NCBI RefSeq assembly: GCF_036321535.1
Contig: NC_087447.1
Span: forward strand, 36,210,001-36,274,000
Source: Camelus dromedarius
Taxonomy: Eukaryota
DNA length: 64,000 nucleotides
Reading direction: 5' to 3'
Part shown: in pieces, positions 1 through 11,760 of the stretch
Layout of the letters: the number at the start of each line of letters is the position of its first letter
Numbering within the stretch: the stretch's first letter is position 1
Made by a program: the position numbers and the translations under genes
The notes under the pieces: generated by a model
Databases searched by the model: none
Told to the model about the DNA's origin: nothing
Seen by the model: only the letters and a program-made list of their open reading frames with translations

Positions 1-29
1 TGGTGGGTTGGGAACCCTTGGATGCTGGA

Positions 30-490
30 CCAAGGAGCTTCGCCTGATTCTCTGGGTGATGGGGAGCTATTGAAGGCTTTTGAATGGAGAGTTGATATGG
101 AGAGAGACAGTTCTAGGGTGATGCACCTAGCCCTGCTGTAAAGTGTGGAGTGATGGGGTGAGGGAGGAGGAGTTGCCTCACCCCTCTAGAATGTTTACCC
201 ACGTGCAAGAGTAGTAGTGGGAGGGGTTGGGTTGCCCCAGCTGAGGCGGACTGGGGAGATCAGATCTGCTTTGACATGGGTGTGCGATGGTCCTGACAGT
301 AGGAAGAAACAGACAGCTGTGTGTGCTCTGGTCCAAGGGTGTATGACCACACACTGCTGGGTGCTCAGCCTAGGAAACGATTGGCGTGCATGTGTGCCTT
401 CAGTCAACAATTATTTTTTGAGTGTCTACCATGGCGCTTAAGCTAGGCATATGGTAGTGAGCAAAATAGACGTGATCTTCTTCTTGGGTC
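30..490 (-). mobile_element. L2 LINE fragments (approx. 30-170 and 390-490)
   Basis: 'gggagctattgaaggcttttga' and 'caacaattattttttgagtgtctacc...gtagtgagcaaaatagac' resemble antisense L2 3' region. Confidence 0.6.
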
Positions 491-1399
491 TGGCTTTAAA
501 AGTAAATGTCATGAGGGGGAAAAAAAGTGACAGGAAGAAAAACCCAAGCTGCTTTAAAAAAAAAACCAATTTGCTCCATAGCCTGGTTATTCCACCGGAG
601 TGAAAGCATTGCTTCTCACTGCAGAAATGAGGTCTTGCAGAGGAAGCTGCTGGACAGAGCTTGCCCAGAGGGGTGGGGTTTTAGACAGCAACTCCCTTTA
701 TTTCGAGGTGAGCTGAACAGTGGGGCCTCCCAGAGGTTGGGGGAATTCCTTGGAGCTGCACCACACATTCCTGTCTGTCCTTGCTTCCCAGCACACCTGC
801 CCAGACTATGCTGGCTCTTCTCTGGCTGAGCCAGTCTTTCCAGGCTGGATTCTGCCCTTGGGTGGGAGAAGGAACTGGAGGAGAAGAGGGGATAAAAGTG
901 GAACAAGGAAATATTTCAAACAGGAGAAGCCCCACAGAAGCATCCTCTGTGGGCCAGTGAAGCTTCAAATCAGAAGTTCAAGGAGGCTTAGGTGGGGCTC
1001 AAATCTTCTCCAGTTACCCATGATTCAATTCCAGGACTTATTTCTGAAGGCCCTGGTGGTGGGGACCAACATGTCACTCACTTCAGAAGGCCAGATACCT
1101 TGCAAAAATTCCACAGGCTTTCCTTTGATCCTTGGGGCTCTGGCCAAACAGCCCCTGATATGGTTGCCACCTCAGGTCCTTCTTAGGTATCTGTGTTCCA
1201 CCCCTGCAAGGGTGGCCCCCCGGGCCGGGAGAGGTAGATCTCAGAAATGGGGTGGGCCAGCCCTCCAGCAGCTGTGCTCTGAATGGAATGGGTCCTAGAA
1301 TAACCCGCCCCGTATACTTCTGCCAACAGGAGGAGGACACAGTTTTGGCTGGAAGTTTCAACAGTCACAAAATTGGAGCTTTACACCAAGTATTTAAAA

Positions 1400-1720
1400 A
1401 AATTACTTTCTGTATTATAAAGTCTCTCCTATTCATTGTTGTCAATTTAGACAATGCAGACAAGCAACATGAAGGGAATAAAAATCTCCTGTAATCCTGT
1501 CACCCAGAGATAATCACTGTTAGTGTTTTATTTTACATCTGTTTGTCTGTGTAATGTGTATGTTTTAACAAAAACAGGATAATAGAGTATATAATACTAT
1601 TTTGTCTTTTTTAACTTTATATATTCCATGTCATTAATTAACATTTATCTCATGAGTTTTAATGGCTGCATAACATTTCCTTGTACAGGTGTGTTGTGAT
1701 TTACCTCACTAGTAATAGAT
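1400..1720 (-). mobile_element. Old L1 (L1ME-like) 3' fragment
   Basis: 'cacccagagataatcactgtta' and 'ttttaatggctgcataacatttcc' are typical antisense L1ME 3'-UTR motifs. Confidence 0.65.
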
Positions 1721-2950
1721 AAGATTTTAGGGGGTTGTTTTCCAAATGGAGTCTCTTTCTTGTGGTAGCTGATGATAGTATAAACACATGAATTAGAGTC
1801 TTTGACGCTGGGCCCCTGGCAGTGTCTTCTTTAAGTGCCCAGTGGTTTTACTGTACAGCCAGGGCTGAGAACCATGTGGGGAGACTGTGAACACCTAAGC
1901 GGCGCTTTCTCCCCAGGACTCAGCACAGTGCAGGGCGTTGAGGAGAGGCACAGAGGGAAACACCTCACTTCACTGCTGCGTTGTCTCCCGCTGCTGCCAT
2001 CAGGGGAGTGTGAGGCTGGTGTGAAGGTGGTCGATCTGGGGGCTCCCCACTGTGGCCCCTGATGAGTCTGATGTCTGTGTGCTGGTGGCCCTTTAACTGG
2101 GATTCTGGCCCGCATGTCTCCTCTTTACCTCCTCTTTACCGTATGTGGCGATGATTGCTAATTTTGAACACTGCAGTTGATGGCTTCATGTGGCCCCAGC
2201 CCTTGCCCACCCAGAGGTGGGGAGGGGCTGGTGAGGACCCGAAGAGAGCTGATTTGGAGCGTGGTGAGTGTCTGGAGGGATCAGAGGGAGACGGTGATAT
2301 TCTCTCTACATATCCATGGTGCTTTTTAGGTCACAGGGTGCCTTCAGACATGGGCTTACCCAGTCCTCACAAGCAGCCTGTAGAGCGGGCAACCCAGACA
2401 GTCTTACTCCTGCTTTATAGTTGGGGGAACTGAGGCTCTGCGAGGGTCTTTGGTTCAAAGGAGTGAGTCAGAGTTGAACCTCTCGATTACTAGTCCACTT
2501 TTTTCCACAAAACCGTATAGGTCCGTGGGTTTGCTAGAGGCCTCAGGTTTATGGCTCTTCGGGAAACCCTTTGTTTTATTATAGCAAGGTGTATGGTTAC
2601 TGGCCAGAAGGTTTCTAGTTTTTCAGGCATTTATGAAAACTAGCTGCTGAGTGACAGCACATGTGTATTGGTATGTTAGTGCCTGTTCATCAGAATGTTC
2701 GGAGGTGCCTGGAAAACAGGAAAGGGCTGATTTTAAAATATGCATATAACAGCATTTTTTTTCCTGGCTTCCAGAGAAACATTTCCAAAAGCTTAAGATA
2801 GTCAACAGAACTTGGATATCTGACTGGAACCTGAGTGATAATAGTAGTAGTGGCTCTGATAGTAATAATGGTTTGTATTTGAGTGTATACTATGCTCTGG
2901 CACTTGGAACACCTAAGCTCAAAGGATTGCTGAGGAGGTTAACTATTTCT

Positions 2951-3054
2951 TTCTTTCTTTTTTTTTTTTTAATTGAAGTACAGTCAATTACAGTGTGTCA
3001 AATTCTGGTGTACAGCACAATGTCCCGGTCATGCATATGCATACATATATGCGT
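2951..3054 (-). mobile_element. Young, heavily 5'-truncated L1 3' end (artiodactyl/camelid type) with TSD
   Basis: Poly-T followed by 'aattgaagtacagtcaattacagtgtgtcaaattctggtgtacagc'; exact 9-bp direct repeat ACTATTTCT at 2942-2950 and 3055-3063. Confidence 0.85.
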
Positions 3055-3559
3055 ACTATTTCTATTTCAGAAATCAAACCAAGGAAAAAATTCTTACCAC
3101 CTCTTAGTTATATTAGTCATGATACCTCCATGCAGTGAATTGCTATGCATCTGTTTAAGTGGTGCTGTAAAATATTAACCAGTGATATGGAAAATGTTCC
3201 TTGTACCCTAGTAGATAAAAGAAAATTGCAAAACAGGCTGGCACCTGGAGGTTCTCAATGAATGTTTAAATCCACATACAAAGTGGTACTATCACCCTCC
3301 TCATTTTCTTGGTAAGGAAACTGACTTGCCTAAAGGTCACACAGAATTTTGGATCTGGGTCTTTTTTAAGAATCCAATGTGTTTCTCACCATCCTCATGT
3401 TTCTGTTATTTAAAAAAATAGAGAAGTAAGACATTCTGTAATCAATGGCTTACTGCTCTGTTTAGAGCAAAAAAGACAAATGAGGCAGAGAGACCTGGTT
3501 GACACACACTTTACTGTTTCTATAACTCTTTACAGTTAGTAAAGTGCTTTAAAGCGTAT

Positions 3560-4000
3560 ACAACTTTTTCCTGAGTTTAAAAAGAATTCATATTCATTAT
3601 ATAATCAGGAAAGTAGAGGAAAGTCCAGAGAAGGAATAAATATTTATAATTCCTCAGGGATAATGACTATTAACACTGTTGCTTCCTGTCTTTTCTCACT
3701 GCAGATATATTATAAATTTTGTAAGCTTGAGATCATGTTGTACATAGGGTTTTGATTCTCGCTTCTTTCACTAATCTGTTACAGACCATTCTCCCTATCA
3801 GAAATATGTTCTTTTCCAACGTGGCTTCCAACGGCTGTACAGTGTCTGGTTTTTATGAGTGATTCGGCATTGTTGGACGTTAGGTGGTTACTGATTTTTT
3901 CATTACTATGAATGATGCTGTTATAAACACCCTTGTCTTTACGAACATCTGGTTGTTTTGTCAGGATAAATTCTTAGGAGAGTCATTGATGGGTCCCAGG
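3560..4000 (-). mobile_element. Old L1 (L1ME-like) fragment
   Basis: 'ttgttggacgttaggtggtt...tatgaatgatgctgttataaacacccttgt...ggataaattcttaggagag' motifs. Confidence 0.65.
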
Positions 4001-4239
4001 CTATCTCCCTGTGATAATGCACTCTTCACTTACATTTTCTCTTTTGAAAGAAAACCCTGATGCTCATACAGGAGGGGCTATTGTCCTCATTGTACACATT
4101 GGAAGCTGAGGTTTGTAAAAGTTGCAGTTTGCTCAAGATGAGAAACTACTTTGGAATGATACAGAGAATTGCTTCAATCCATTGAGTCTGAGGGCGTAGA
4201 GTAGGAGATGGGTCCAGATTCATCAGTTTTGTTGTGTTA

Positions 4240-4482
4240 TTCAGATTTCCTAGACATTCCACTTTCCGTAACTTCTGCTAATATCCTGGGTCTGTCCTCT
4301 GGCCCATCTTAGAAGAAGTCTTCCTTTCAGTATTTCAAGAAGCTCCCTTGTGGCTCTAAACTTTCCCTTTTCCAAATTAAATCATTCTTGTTCTTTTATG
4401 AAACATGGTTTTTCACAAACATACTGTCTTTGATGCCACTCTGGGCATATTCCACTTCATCTGTAATCCTCTTAAAGTGTGT
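4240..4482 (-). mobile_element. L3/CR1 LINE fragment
   Basis: 'cctttcagtatttcaag...ttcccttttccaaattaaa...tcctcttaaagtgtg' resembles antisense CR1/L3. Confidence 0.5.
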
Positions 4483-4483
4483 G

Positions 4484-4860
4484 TGGTAGTCAGCTCTTCA
4501 GGTTGGAAGTGACAGAAACCCAATTCAAAGTAGTTTAAACAGGAAAGGAAATATATTGGCTCCAGTAATTGGAAACTTCAAGGGTAGATCTGACCTGGCC
4601 TTGGCACTGTTGAACCCCAGTGCCCAGAGGGCATTTTGATGGTTTTGTTCTCTCTCCTTTCAGTGCTGCTAACCCCCTTGTCAGAGAGATGCTCACGCGC
4701 TCAAGATCTATAGGCCACTTCTTAGAGAAGATTCTGATTGGCCTTGCTGGGATCAGGGGCCCACCCTGGGGCGGCACGTTCTGGTTGCTGGGGAGGCATG
4801 GCTTTCTGTAGTGAAGGGATGCCTGTGAGCAGTGCAAGCCCATCACGCTGTGATATGTAG
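4484..4860 (-). mobile_element. ERVL-MaLR solo LTR (MLT1K-like)
   Basis: 'ggttggaagtgacagaaacccaattcaaagtagtttaaacaggaaaggaaatatattggctc' matches the MLT1K/L terminus; right boundary uncertain. Confidence 0.7.
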
Positions 4861-5419
4861 AATGAACCGTGTGCCAGGTGGCCTCTGGCCAGCTCAGAAG
4901 AGAGAGGGATCATCAGCTCTCTTTTTCTCAACATTACACTTCTATTAGTGTTGCCTAAAATCAGAATAGGGTCCCTTTGACTAATCGTATTACATCAAGG
5001 ACGGCTGCTCAGCGTGTCTCTCCCCTCTTGTGCTGCCTCTGCTGGGAGACTTTGGACTCAATATGAGGCTTTCAGCTCATCCCTGTAGATTCCCCATGGC
5101 TGTACTGGGTGTAGAGAATCGGCCTGTTGAGATCCTTTAGCCCTAATTCTGTCACTGGTCTCCCTCCCGGCTCAGTGCTCTCTGCAGTCAGGTGATAAGA
5201 TGTGAGTGACATTTGGTGAGGGGTGAGGGAGAGATGAGGGAGTAGATAGCTCCATGCAGTCATCTGCATCAAAAGAGCCAGAATCTTCTCCTGCCTTCCC
5301 CTTTCCCAAACCTCTAAAGTTTCCTTTCCATGGCCCATGAGGTCAGCCTTCTGGGTTCATGGTGTGTCACAGGTCACCAGGAAGGGCATCGGCAGTCTGC
5401 TTTTCTGCTGAGGCCCCAA

Positions 5420-5540
5420 ATGGACTTCAGTTGAAGTAGGAAGGCTCTAAGTTAGACATTAATCACTTCTTGTCATGGGTGGGTAGGGGAGGCATTCTAG
5501 AGAAAGTGGCAGGTCCCTTTCCAGAGGCTGTCAGGTACCA
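5420..5540 (+). mobile_element. L3/CR1 3' fragment
   Basis: 'ggacttcagttgaagtaggaaggctctaagttagacatt...acttctt' resembles the CR1 3' motif. Confidence 0.45.
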
Positions 5541-8189
5541 GCAGGTTCCTGAGAAGTCTGCGGTGCTGTAGGGTGGCTAGCAGGGGATTGGAAGTCACTA
5601 AGAGCCTTGTTAGGGTTGCAGGTCAAGCGTGCCAGCCTTGGCATACGGGCATTCTTGGTAGCAAGGAGGGTGGCATGGGTGTGCCGGATGGCTTTTGGCC
5701 TCCATCATTCTATTGAAGACTCCAAACTGTGTTGTTCAGCTGCAAAAACAGTTTTCTTCCTTTGCTAGCAAGAAGCACAAAGCGGCCCTTGAGAGAGGGT
5801 GGGTGGGCGTGGGGCAGTGCTGGCAGTGTGTCACACTCATCTGATGCAGCACAGGGTGAACCACCCAGATGGCCTGGCCGGAGCAGAGCTGGACAGCAGC
5901 CCGTGGAAGAGCCCTGGGGAACTGAGGGCAGTGGCGGGAGCCTTGCCCTGGAAGGCCCCAGACCACAGGCGATGGCGGGGGGAGGCCTGATCTAGGCACC
6001 GGCTTGCCTGTGAGTTGGGCAGGAATGAGACTGGAGAGTGGTCTTCTCTGCGTGGCCCGGTGGGTCTGCTGGAGCCTCATGTGTGCTGTGTGTGCATCTC
6101 TGTGTCCAGATCTGAGTCTGGGAGCAGTTTCCCTAGGGGTCGCTGGGGAGGAGATGGAGGCATGTTAGTTTGCTGAGGAGCATTGGGGGTGCCTGAGGCC
6201 TCCTCACCTTGTGCTGACTTTGCCAAACCACTCAGTACTTTGGCAGCCTGTCCTCTTGATCTCCATATGACTTCCTGTGGGTAGAGCCTGGTAGCTGTCT
6301 ATTTTCTCTGCCTGCGCCTGATCCCTGTTGGACTTTGGATTTTGGCTTGGGCTGAATGAGGTTCTGTCTGCTTGTCTTCTGTCTCTGCCTTTCCCTCTCA
6401 TCCCCACTTTTCTCTCCCCTTTCTTATCTGCCTCACTTCTTTCCTCTTTTCCTGCATGCCCCGAGCCCCGTTCCACCCTGAGGGAGGTTGGGGGTTGGTT
6501 AGACAGGGAACAGCATCCTCATATTTAGATGAGCCCCTCTTCCTGCCAGGTTGGTCCAAAGGAGGACCTCAAGTCCAGTGCTGTGACTGACGGCTGAGGG
6601 GGTGGGGGTTGAGGCAGCAGGCTGGCAAGTCTGTGTGTCTAAGGCAAATGCCTAAATCACTGTGGTAGCTGGAGGGCACAAGACAAATGCTTGTCTGGGT
6701 CTCATTCTGGGCTCCTGGCCTGTGATGCCAGAGGGACCCAGTTTGGAGCGTGCCTGTGCGTTGGAGAAGGTGAGTTAGTGGAGGGAGGCAAGCAGAAGTG
6801 AGAGGTGATGGGCTGCTTTCTCCTGGCAGGAGGCGACTTACGTCCACATCATGGCTTGTAAAGAGTGGGCCGCAGGTGTGGAGGGCCTCGTGACTTTAAG
6901 CAGAGCTGTTTTCTCCCTTCCCCAGCCTGGTGGAGCCATACATGAGTATCTCTTCAGTGCTTGTCCTTGATCAGCACTGCCCAGACTTCAGACACCCAGC
7001 CGAGGGTCAATTTAAATTGTCCAGATTTTCCCTTATTTCTGCTGTTGGAGGGCAGATGCCAGTTTGGGGAAATCCTGTGGGAGGAAGCGGGGTGCTAGTT
7101 GAGATTTGCCCTAATGAAATGTGCTCTAGGCTGTTCTTGGGGGTTGCTGGAGAAATTATATTTTAATGGGAATGTTCTTTTCTAATCTTTAACTAGCAAA
7201 GCCACAGAAGTGTTTGCAGTTAATGATGTACCTGGTGAGTTGTTGAGCTGAAGTTTAACAGCCAGTTTAAAAAACAAGGTAGGGAGTTTAAAAAATAGGA
7301 CATTGAGAGCATGCGTGTCCTGGAATGATTTCAGTGTTTCTGTTGGGATAAGTGGAGGAGGGTTTCAGTGGTCCTGTTATGGTGGTGGCCTTTCCAGGAG
7401 GCCCTGATACCAGGCTCCCTGTCCCAGAAAAGTAATCTACTGGGCAGCCCATTTGTAGATGAACCATGTCACCACTTTGTAAAGCCGCAGAGCTGGGGCA
7501 GCTCTTCCCCTGGTGGGGTGCCTAGTGAAGATGGCTGCAGCAGGAAAGGGAGCCCCAAAATTGTGATGTGGGCAGATGTCCAGGCACACAACAGTGATAC
7601 AACCCTCATGGCTGAACAGGGGTGGGGCTGACCCAAGGAATAAAGCAGAGAGTCTGGAATCTGAGATGACAGAGTTCTTTCTCAGAGTTTGCTTTGGAAA
7701 AGAGAAGAGGTTTAAAAAACATCTCTGAATGGAACATTTAGGGAAACTGAAACAGAGGCTCCTCTTGGAGTCCAAGGGGTGTGTGTTACTGCAGGAGATT
7801 GGTACCTTTTGTTAGAGGACCTGGATCTCAGGCCCTCCCTAGCTTAGGCTTCCAGTTTCATGTTCACACCCTGGCTGGTGACTCCAGGTGTCCCTGCGCC
7901 CTGCTCACTCTCTCTGGTGCCCTGGTGGGCTCGTGGTTCAGTGTGGTACCTGGAAATGAGCTCAGACAGTGGACTCTGCCTGGCTCGTGCCTGCATCCTT
8001 CAAGCTGTCCCACACCAGTGGTTGCTCAGTGGATGTTTGTGGAATGCCTGGGGTGCTTAATTACAGCGGTGTGCACAGTACACACGTGCACACACCACGC
8101 CTCCAGTCCTGTCCCTGAGTTTGCCCTCACTCTTCCAGCTCCATCTGGAGTTCTTTTTTTGGGTCTTGTGTGTCCTCACTCCTGCTTGT

Positions 8190-8415
8190 TTTATTAGAAC
8201 ACCTAGTGTATGCCAGGCAGGCATTGCGCTAATGCTTTATGTCAACTGACTCATCTGCTGCCCATAGCCACCTACAAAGTAGATGCTAGTATTATAATGT
8301 TGCCATTTCACAGATGAGAAAGTCAAGGTCAGGAGGTTAATTTGCCGTGTCTGCTAATGGTGATACTGCTGCTCACCCATGGTAATCTCTGATTCAAAAG
8401 CTGAGTTCTTAACTT
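8190..8415 (-). mobile_element. MIR SINE
   Basis: Antisense core 'ccatttcacagatgagaaagtcaaggtcaggaggttaatttgcc'. Confidence 0.8.
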
Positions 8416-8705
8416 CTGGGCTACAAACCTCCCTTTTCTGGGCTTTGAGCTGGAGTGGAGTGAGTACCTTGGGGGGAAAAAACACTGCGCATTCTCCCCT
8501 CCCTTGTGTTCCACTGCCTCTCACTTCCACCTGGAGTAGGAGCTCCCTAAAGATGAGTTGGCAGTAGGAAGGTGTCAGGCTCTGAGGGGATGGGATGGTG
8601 GGTTTTGTGAGTTTATTTACCCCTTTGTCATGATGATTGCTGTTGGTACAATATACTGTACAAGTCAGGAAGGAAAAAAGGCAACAAAGGAGGGATTGGT
8701 CTAAG

Positions 8706-8819
8706 GTAGGAGTCTTCAAACTTTTTGGATCATGTATATTCCATTAATAAGTTAGCGTGTACATACATATACTCATTTATAAATTATATTCATAAACTGC
8801 TGTGCTAATATGCCTGTAA

Positions 8820-8862
<43 letters not shown>

Positions 8863-8976
8863 GCTTAAAAGGATGACGAAAAATAAACATGAAGAGATGT
8901 TCTAATGTTTTCTTTCTGAACTGCAGAGGGTCATCTTGAGTACCTCAGGGTTGAGTGCCCACTTTAGAGACCCCTG
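8706..8976. mobile_element. hAT-Charlie non-autonomous DNA transposon (Charlie4-like) containing an (AC)n repeat
   Basis: Decayed termini 'ggagtcttcaaactttttggatca' and 'cccactttagagacccctg' with an AT-rich interior. Confidence 0.55.
8821..8858. repeat. (AC)19 microsatellite
   Basis: Read directly. Confidence 0.98.
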
Positions 8977-9290
8977 GGTCCCTCCAGTTACTGGACGAGT
9001 GCTCTGCTACTGTAGTCCAGTGCCCTGGGACGGAGGGTGTATCTAGCTGGACCTTCCATTTTTAGGTGCTCTGATTTTCAGAAGCAGGCAGGCCCAGCCC
9101 TTCCAGCTCTCATGGTTTTTGCTTAGAATTTTACCAAATTGCCTAGAACCAACAGGGAAACTCTCCTAGCTGCTGCTCTGGCTGCAGCCCTTTGATGTTT
9201 CTCCTGAGCCCCTCAGTCAATCCCAACAGCTTGCCGACATCCTCGGGTACAAGGGAAAGGCTGTGTTCTGGGGCTTGGGTATAGCCCAAA

Positions 9291-9895
9291 GATTGGTGAG
9301 GATGTGAAGAAATTGGAACTCTTGTACATTGCTGCTGGGAATGTAAACTGGTGCAACCACTGTGGAAAACAGTTTGGTGTTTTTTCAAAAACCTAAACAG
9401 AATTACCATATGATTCAGCAATTCTCTTCTCTTCAATACCCAAAGGAATTGAAGGCAGGGGCTCGAGCAGATACTTGTACACCAGTGTTCATTGCAGCAT
9501 TATTTACGGTAGCCCCAAAGCAGAAATAACCTAAGTGTCTGTCTAAATAGATGAATGGGTAAACAAAATATGGCATATATACAACGGACTATAAATCAGC
9601 CATAAAAAGAAATGAAATTCTGTTAAATGCTACAACATGAGTGAACCTTGACATGATGCTGCCAGACACAAAAGGACAAGTCCTGTATGATTCTGCTTAT
9701 ATGGGGTACCTAAGATAGATACATACAAATACATAGAAGCAGAAAGATTAGAGGTTACCAGGGGCTGGGGAGAGAGGGAGTGGGGAGTTATTGCTAAATG
9801 AATGATTATAATGTTTCTGTTTGGGGTCATGAAAGAGTTTTAGAAATAAATGATGGTGATGGTTATGCAACATTGTGAATATAATAAAATAAGTA
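9291..9895 (+). mobile_element. L1 (L1MB-like) ORF2 end and 3' UTR
   Basis: 'ggtgaggatgtgaagaaattggaactcttgtacattgctgctgggaatgtaaactggtgcaaccactgtggaaaacagtttgg', 'gttcattgcagcattattt', 'agattagaggttaccaggggctgggga'. Confidence 0.92.
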
Positions 9896-11109
9896 AAGAC
9901 TTTTTTTTTTAAGAAAAGACTCTTTTCAAAAAAGAAGAAGCAAGGAGAGGAGGCGGGGGTGCTGGGGTGAAAAGACAGGCAGTTAATTCTTTTGTCTGAA
10001 TGTGTTACAGCTGCCAATCAGATGCCAGGCTGTCCCTTTCCCTGTGGGCACCTGCGCCTGCCTGGCATTAGGGCCACTAGAATGGGACACCTGTGGCCGC
10101 ACCCTGGCCATTCTGAGCAGCTGTACAAGTAGCTCTTCAGGCCCCCCAGGGGACTGGTCATCAAGATTTAGGCCATGAAGTAGGGACATTTGTCCCCCTT
10201 CTTTGCCCTGTCCCCAGTCAGCTGATGACAGCTCTGGTACTGCAGCTCAGTACCCTGTGATCGAGGGCACACCTTTCTGGATGTTCCATTGTCAGCTCTC
10301 AGATTTTCAGAAGCAGGTAATCGTTTTCCTCTGAGGGCTGGAATCATGAAGTAGGGCAGACAGGTTTCTTTGGAGTTAAATTTAGGGCTTAGAATCCAGG
10401 GGTGGCTGAGAGAAGCTGTATTTAACAATTACCCCCCCACCAAAAAAAAAAATGTCCTAAATTAAGCAAGGTACATGGAATGTGAAGATACCTCAACCAA
10501 ACTGGAACATGTACCTCTAAAAATAAAAGATGCTGAAATCTGGAAAATACCAAATATGGCTGCTTGGTCAGGTGCTCGCTTCTCTGCTTTTCTATTTTTA
10601 GCATCCCCTGTCCCAGGACTGCAGCTGGACAGGGACGACGTCACCCTTGTCCCGGAGGACTGGATTGTGTACACGGCCTTGCCTTTAATGGTGTGTGGTC
10701 CCTGGGGTGGGGAGTGGAGGCTGCCTGTTCTACAGATGGGGAGGCAGAAGCTAAGAGGGGCCTTGGCCACTGTCCCCTGGGGTCACGGTAGCTATCCCAT
10801 TCCTCATTACCCTCTTTCCCAGAATGTCTGTTGTAGCCCTTGGGTCTCCTGGGGAGGGCTGCCTTTAACTCAGAAATACCCTTGATGCCACCTTGTTCCA
10901 AAGCCTCCAGCAGCCAAGTGCCACATCTCGGGCACTTGATTTTTCTTGCTGCTCCTGGGCAGACTAGGGTGCACGAGAGGGTCTTAGAAACACAGGTTTA
11001 AGGAGATTGCCCAAAGGCCACATCAAGGTGCCTGTTCCCACAGGTAGAACTTGAGTTTGCGGGAAAGAGGACTTCCCGTTGTTTTAGGGAGTGAGTGTTC
11101 CACAGAGAC

Positions 11110-11300
11110 AACAGTAATAATGGTGAAAGATACTGGGCACTTACTGCATGTTGGGCCTGGCTCAGGGGTCTTTATGCAGACAGCCTCACAGCCCCATGAG
11201 GTGAGTACTGTGATCATGCCCATTTAGAGTGAGAAAACTGAGGCTAAGTTTCCTAAGAGGTAAAGATGGTATTTGAACCCGTGCAGTCTGTGCACCTAGC
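11110..11300 (-). mobile_element. MIR SINE
   Basis: 'cccatgaggtgagtactgtgatcatgcccatttagagtgagaaaactgaggct'. Confidence 0.75.
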
Positions 11301-11544
11301 TACACTTGAGTCAGTCATTTCTGTCAAAGCCACAGGGCTGTCTCACTCCTGAGGCCCAGTGTCAGGACTCAGGGCTTTGCTGCTCTTCCCACGGCCTCCT
11401 GTTTCGGGGAAAAGGATAGAATAAAAGTTGCCCTGCTCTCGCCCTCATTAATTCCCCTTCTGGGGTGGGGATGATGTCAGCCTGACTTTGACATACAGGC
11501 TTCTGCTTTCTGCATTTGCATTTAGTCAGACCCACCACGGACAT

Positions 11545-11760
11545 CCTTATCAAGCACTACTGTGTGCCAGGCCCTGTGTTCAGTGCTTCATTCATAGTGT
11601 CTCACAACCGTCAACAAGTTAGGTATTCCTGGCTCCCAACTGACAGATGAGAAAACTGAGGCTCAGAGACGTGAACCACTTGCCCAAGTTAAATAGCTAA
11701 TCAACGGCAGAACCTCAATTTGATCTCAAGACCATCTGATTTAAAAATCCGTGGCCTTTC
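11545..11760 (-). mobile_element. MIR SINE
   Basis: 'acagatgagaaaactgaggctcagagacgtgaaccacttgcccaag'. Confidence 0.85.

Noticed and set aside
720..1298. 192-aa + strand ORF (similarly 12606-13157, 24700-25260, 21767-22258)
   Set aside because: No recognisable domain or convincing splice boundaries; lengths are within the chance range for this composition
2118..2139. 11-bp tandem repeat (and a 16-bp tandem near 37795-37825)
   Set aside because: Ordinary slippage duplications with no further structure
9143..9436. 97-aa - strand ORF ([15 protein letters not shown])
   Set aside because: Familiar antisense translation of L1 sequence
10174..10356. 12-bp direct repeat CATGAAGTAGGG, 171 bp apart
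   Set aside because: About one such match within 200 bp is expected by chance in 64 kb; no poly-A tail or TIR between the copies
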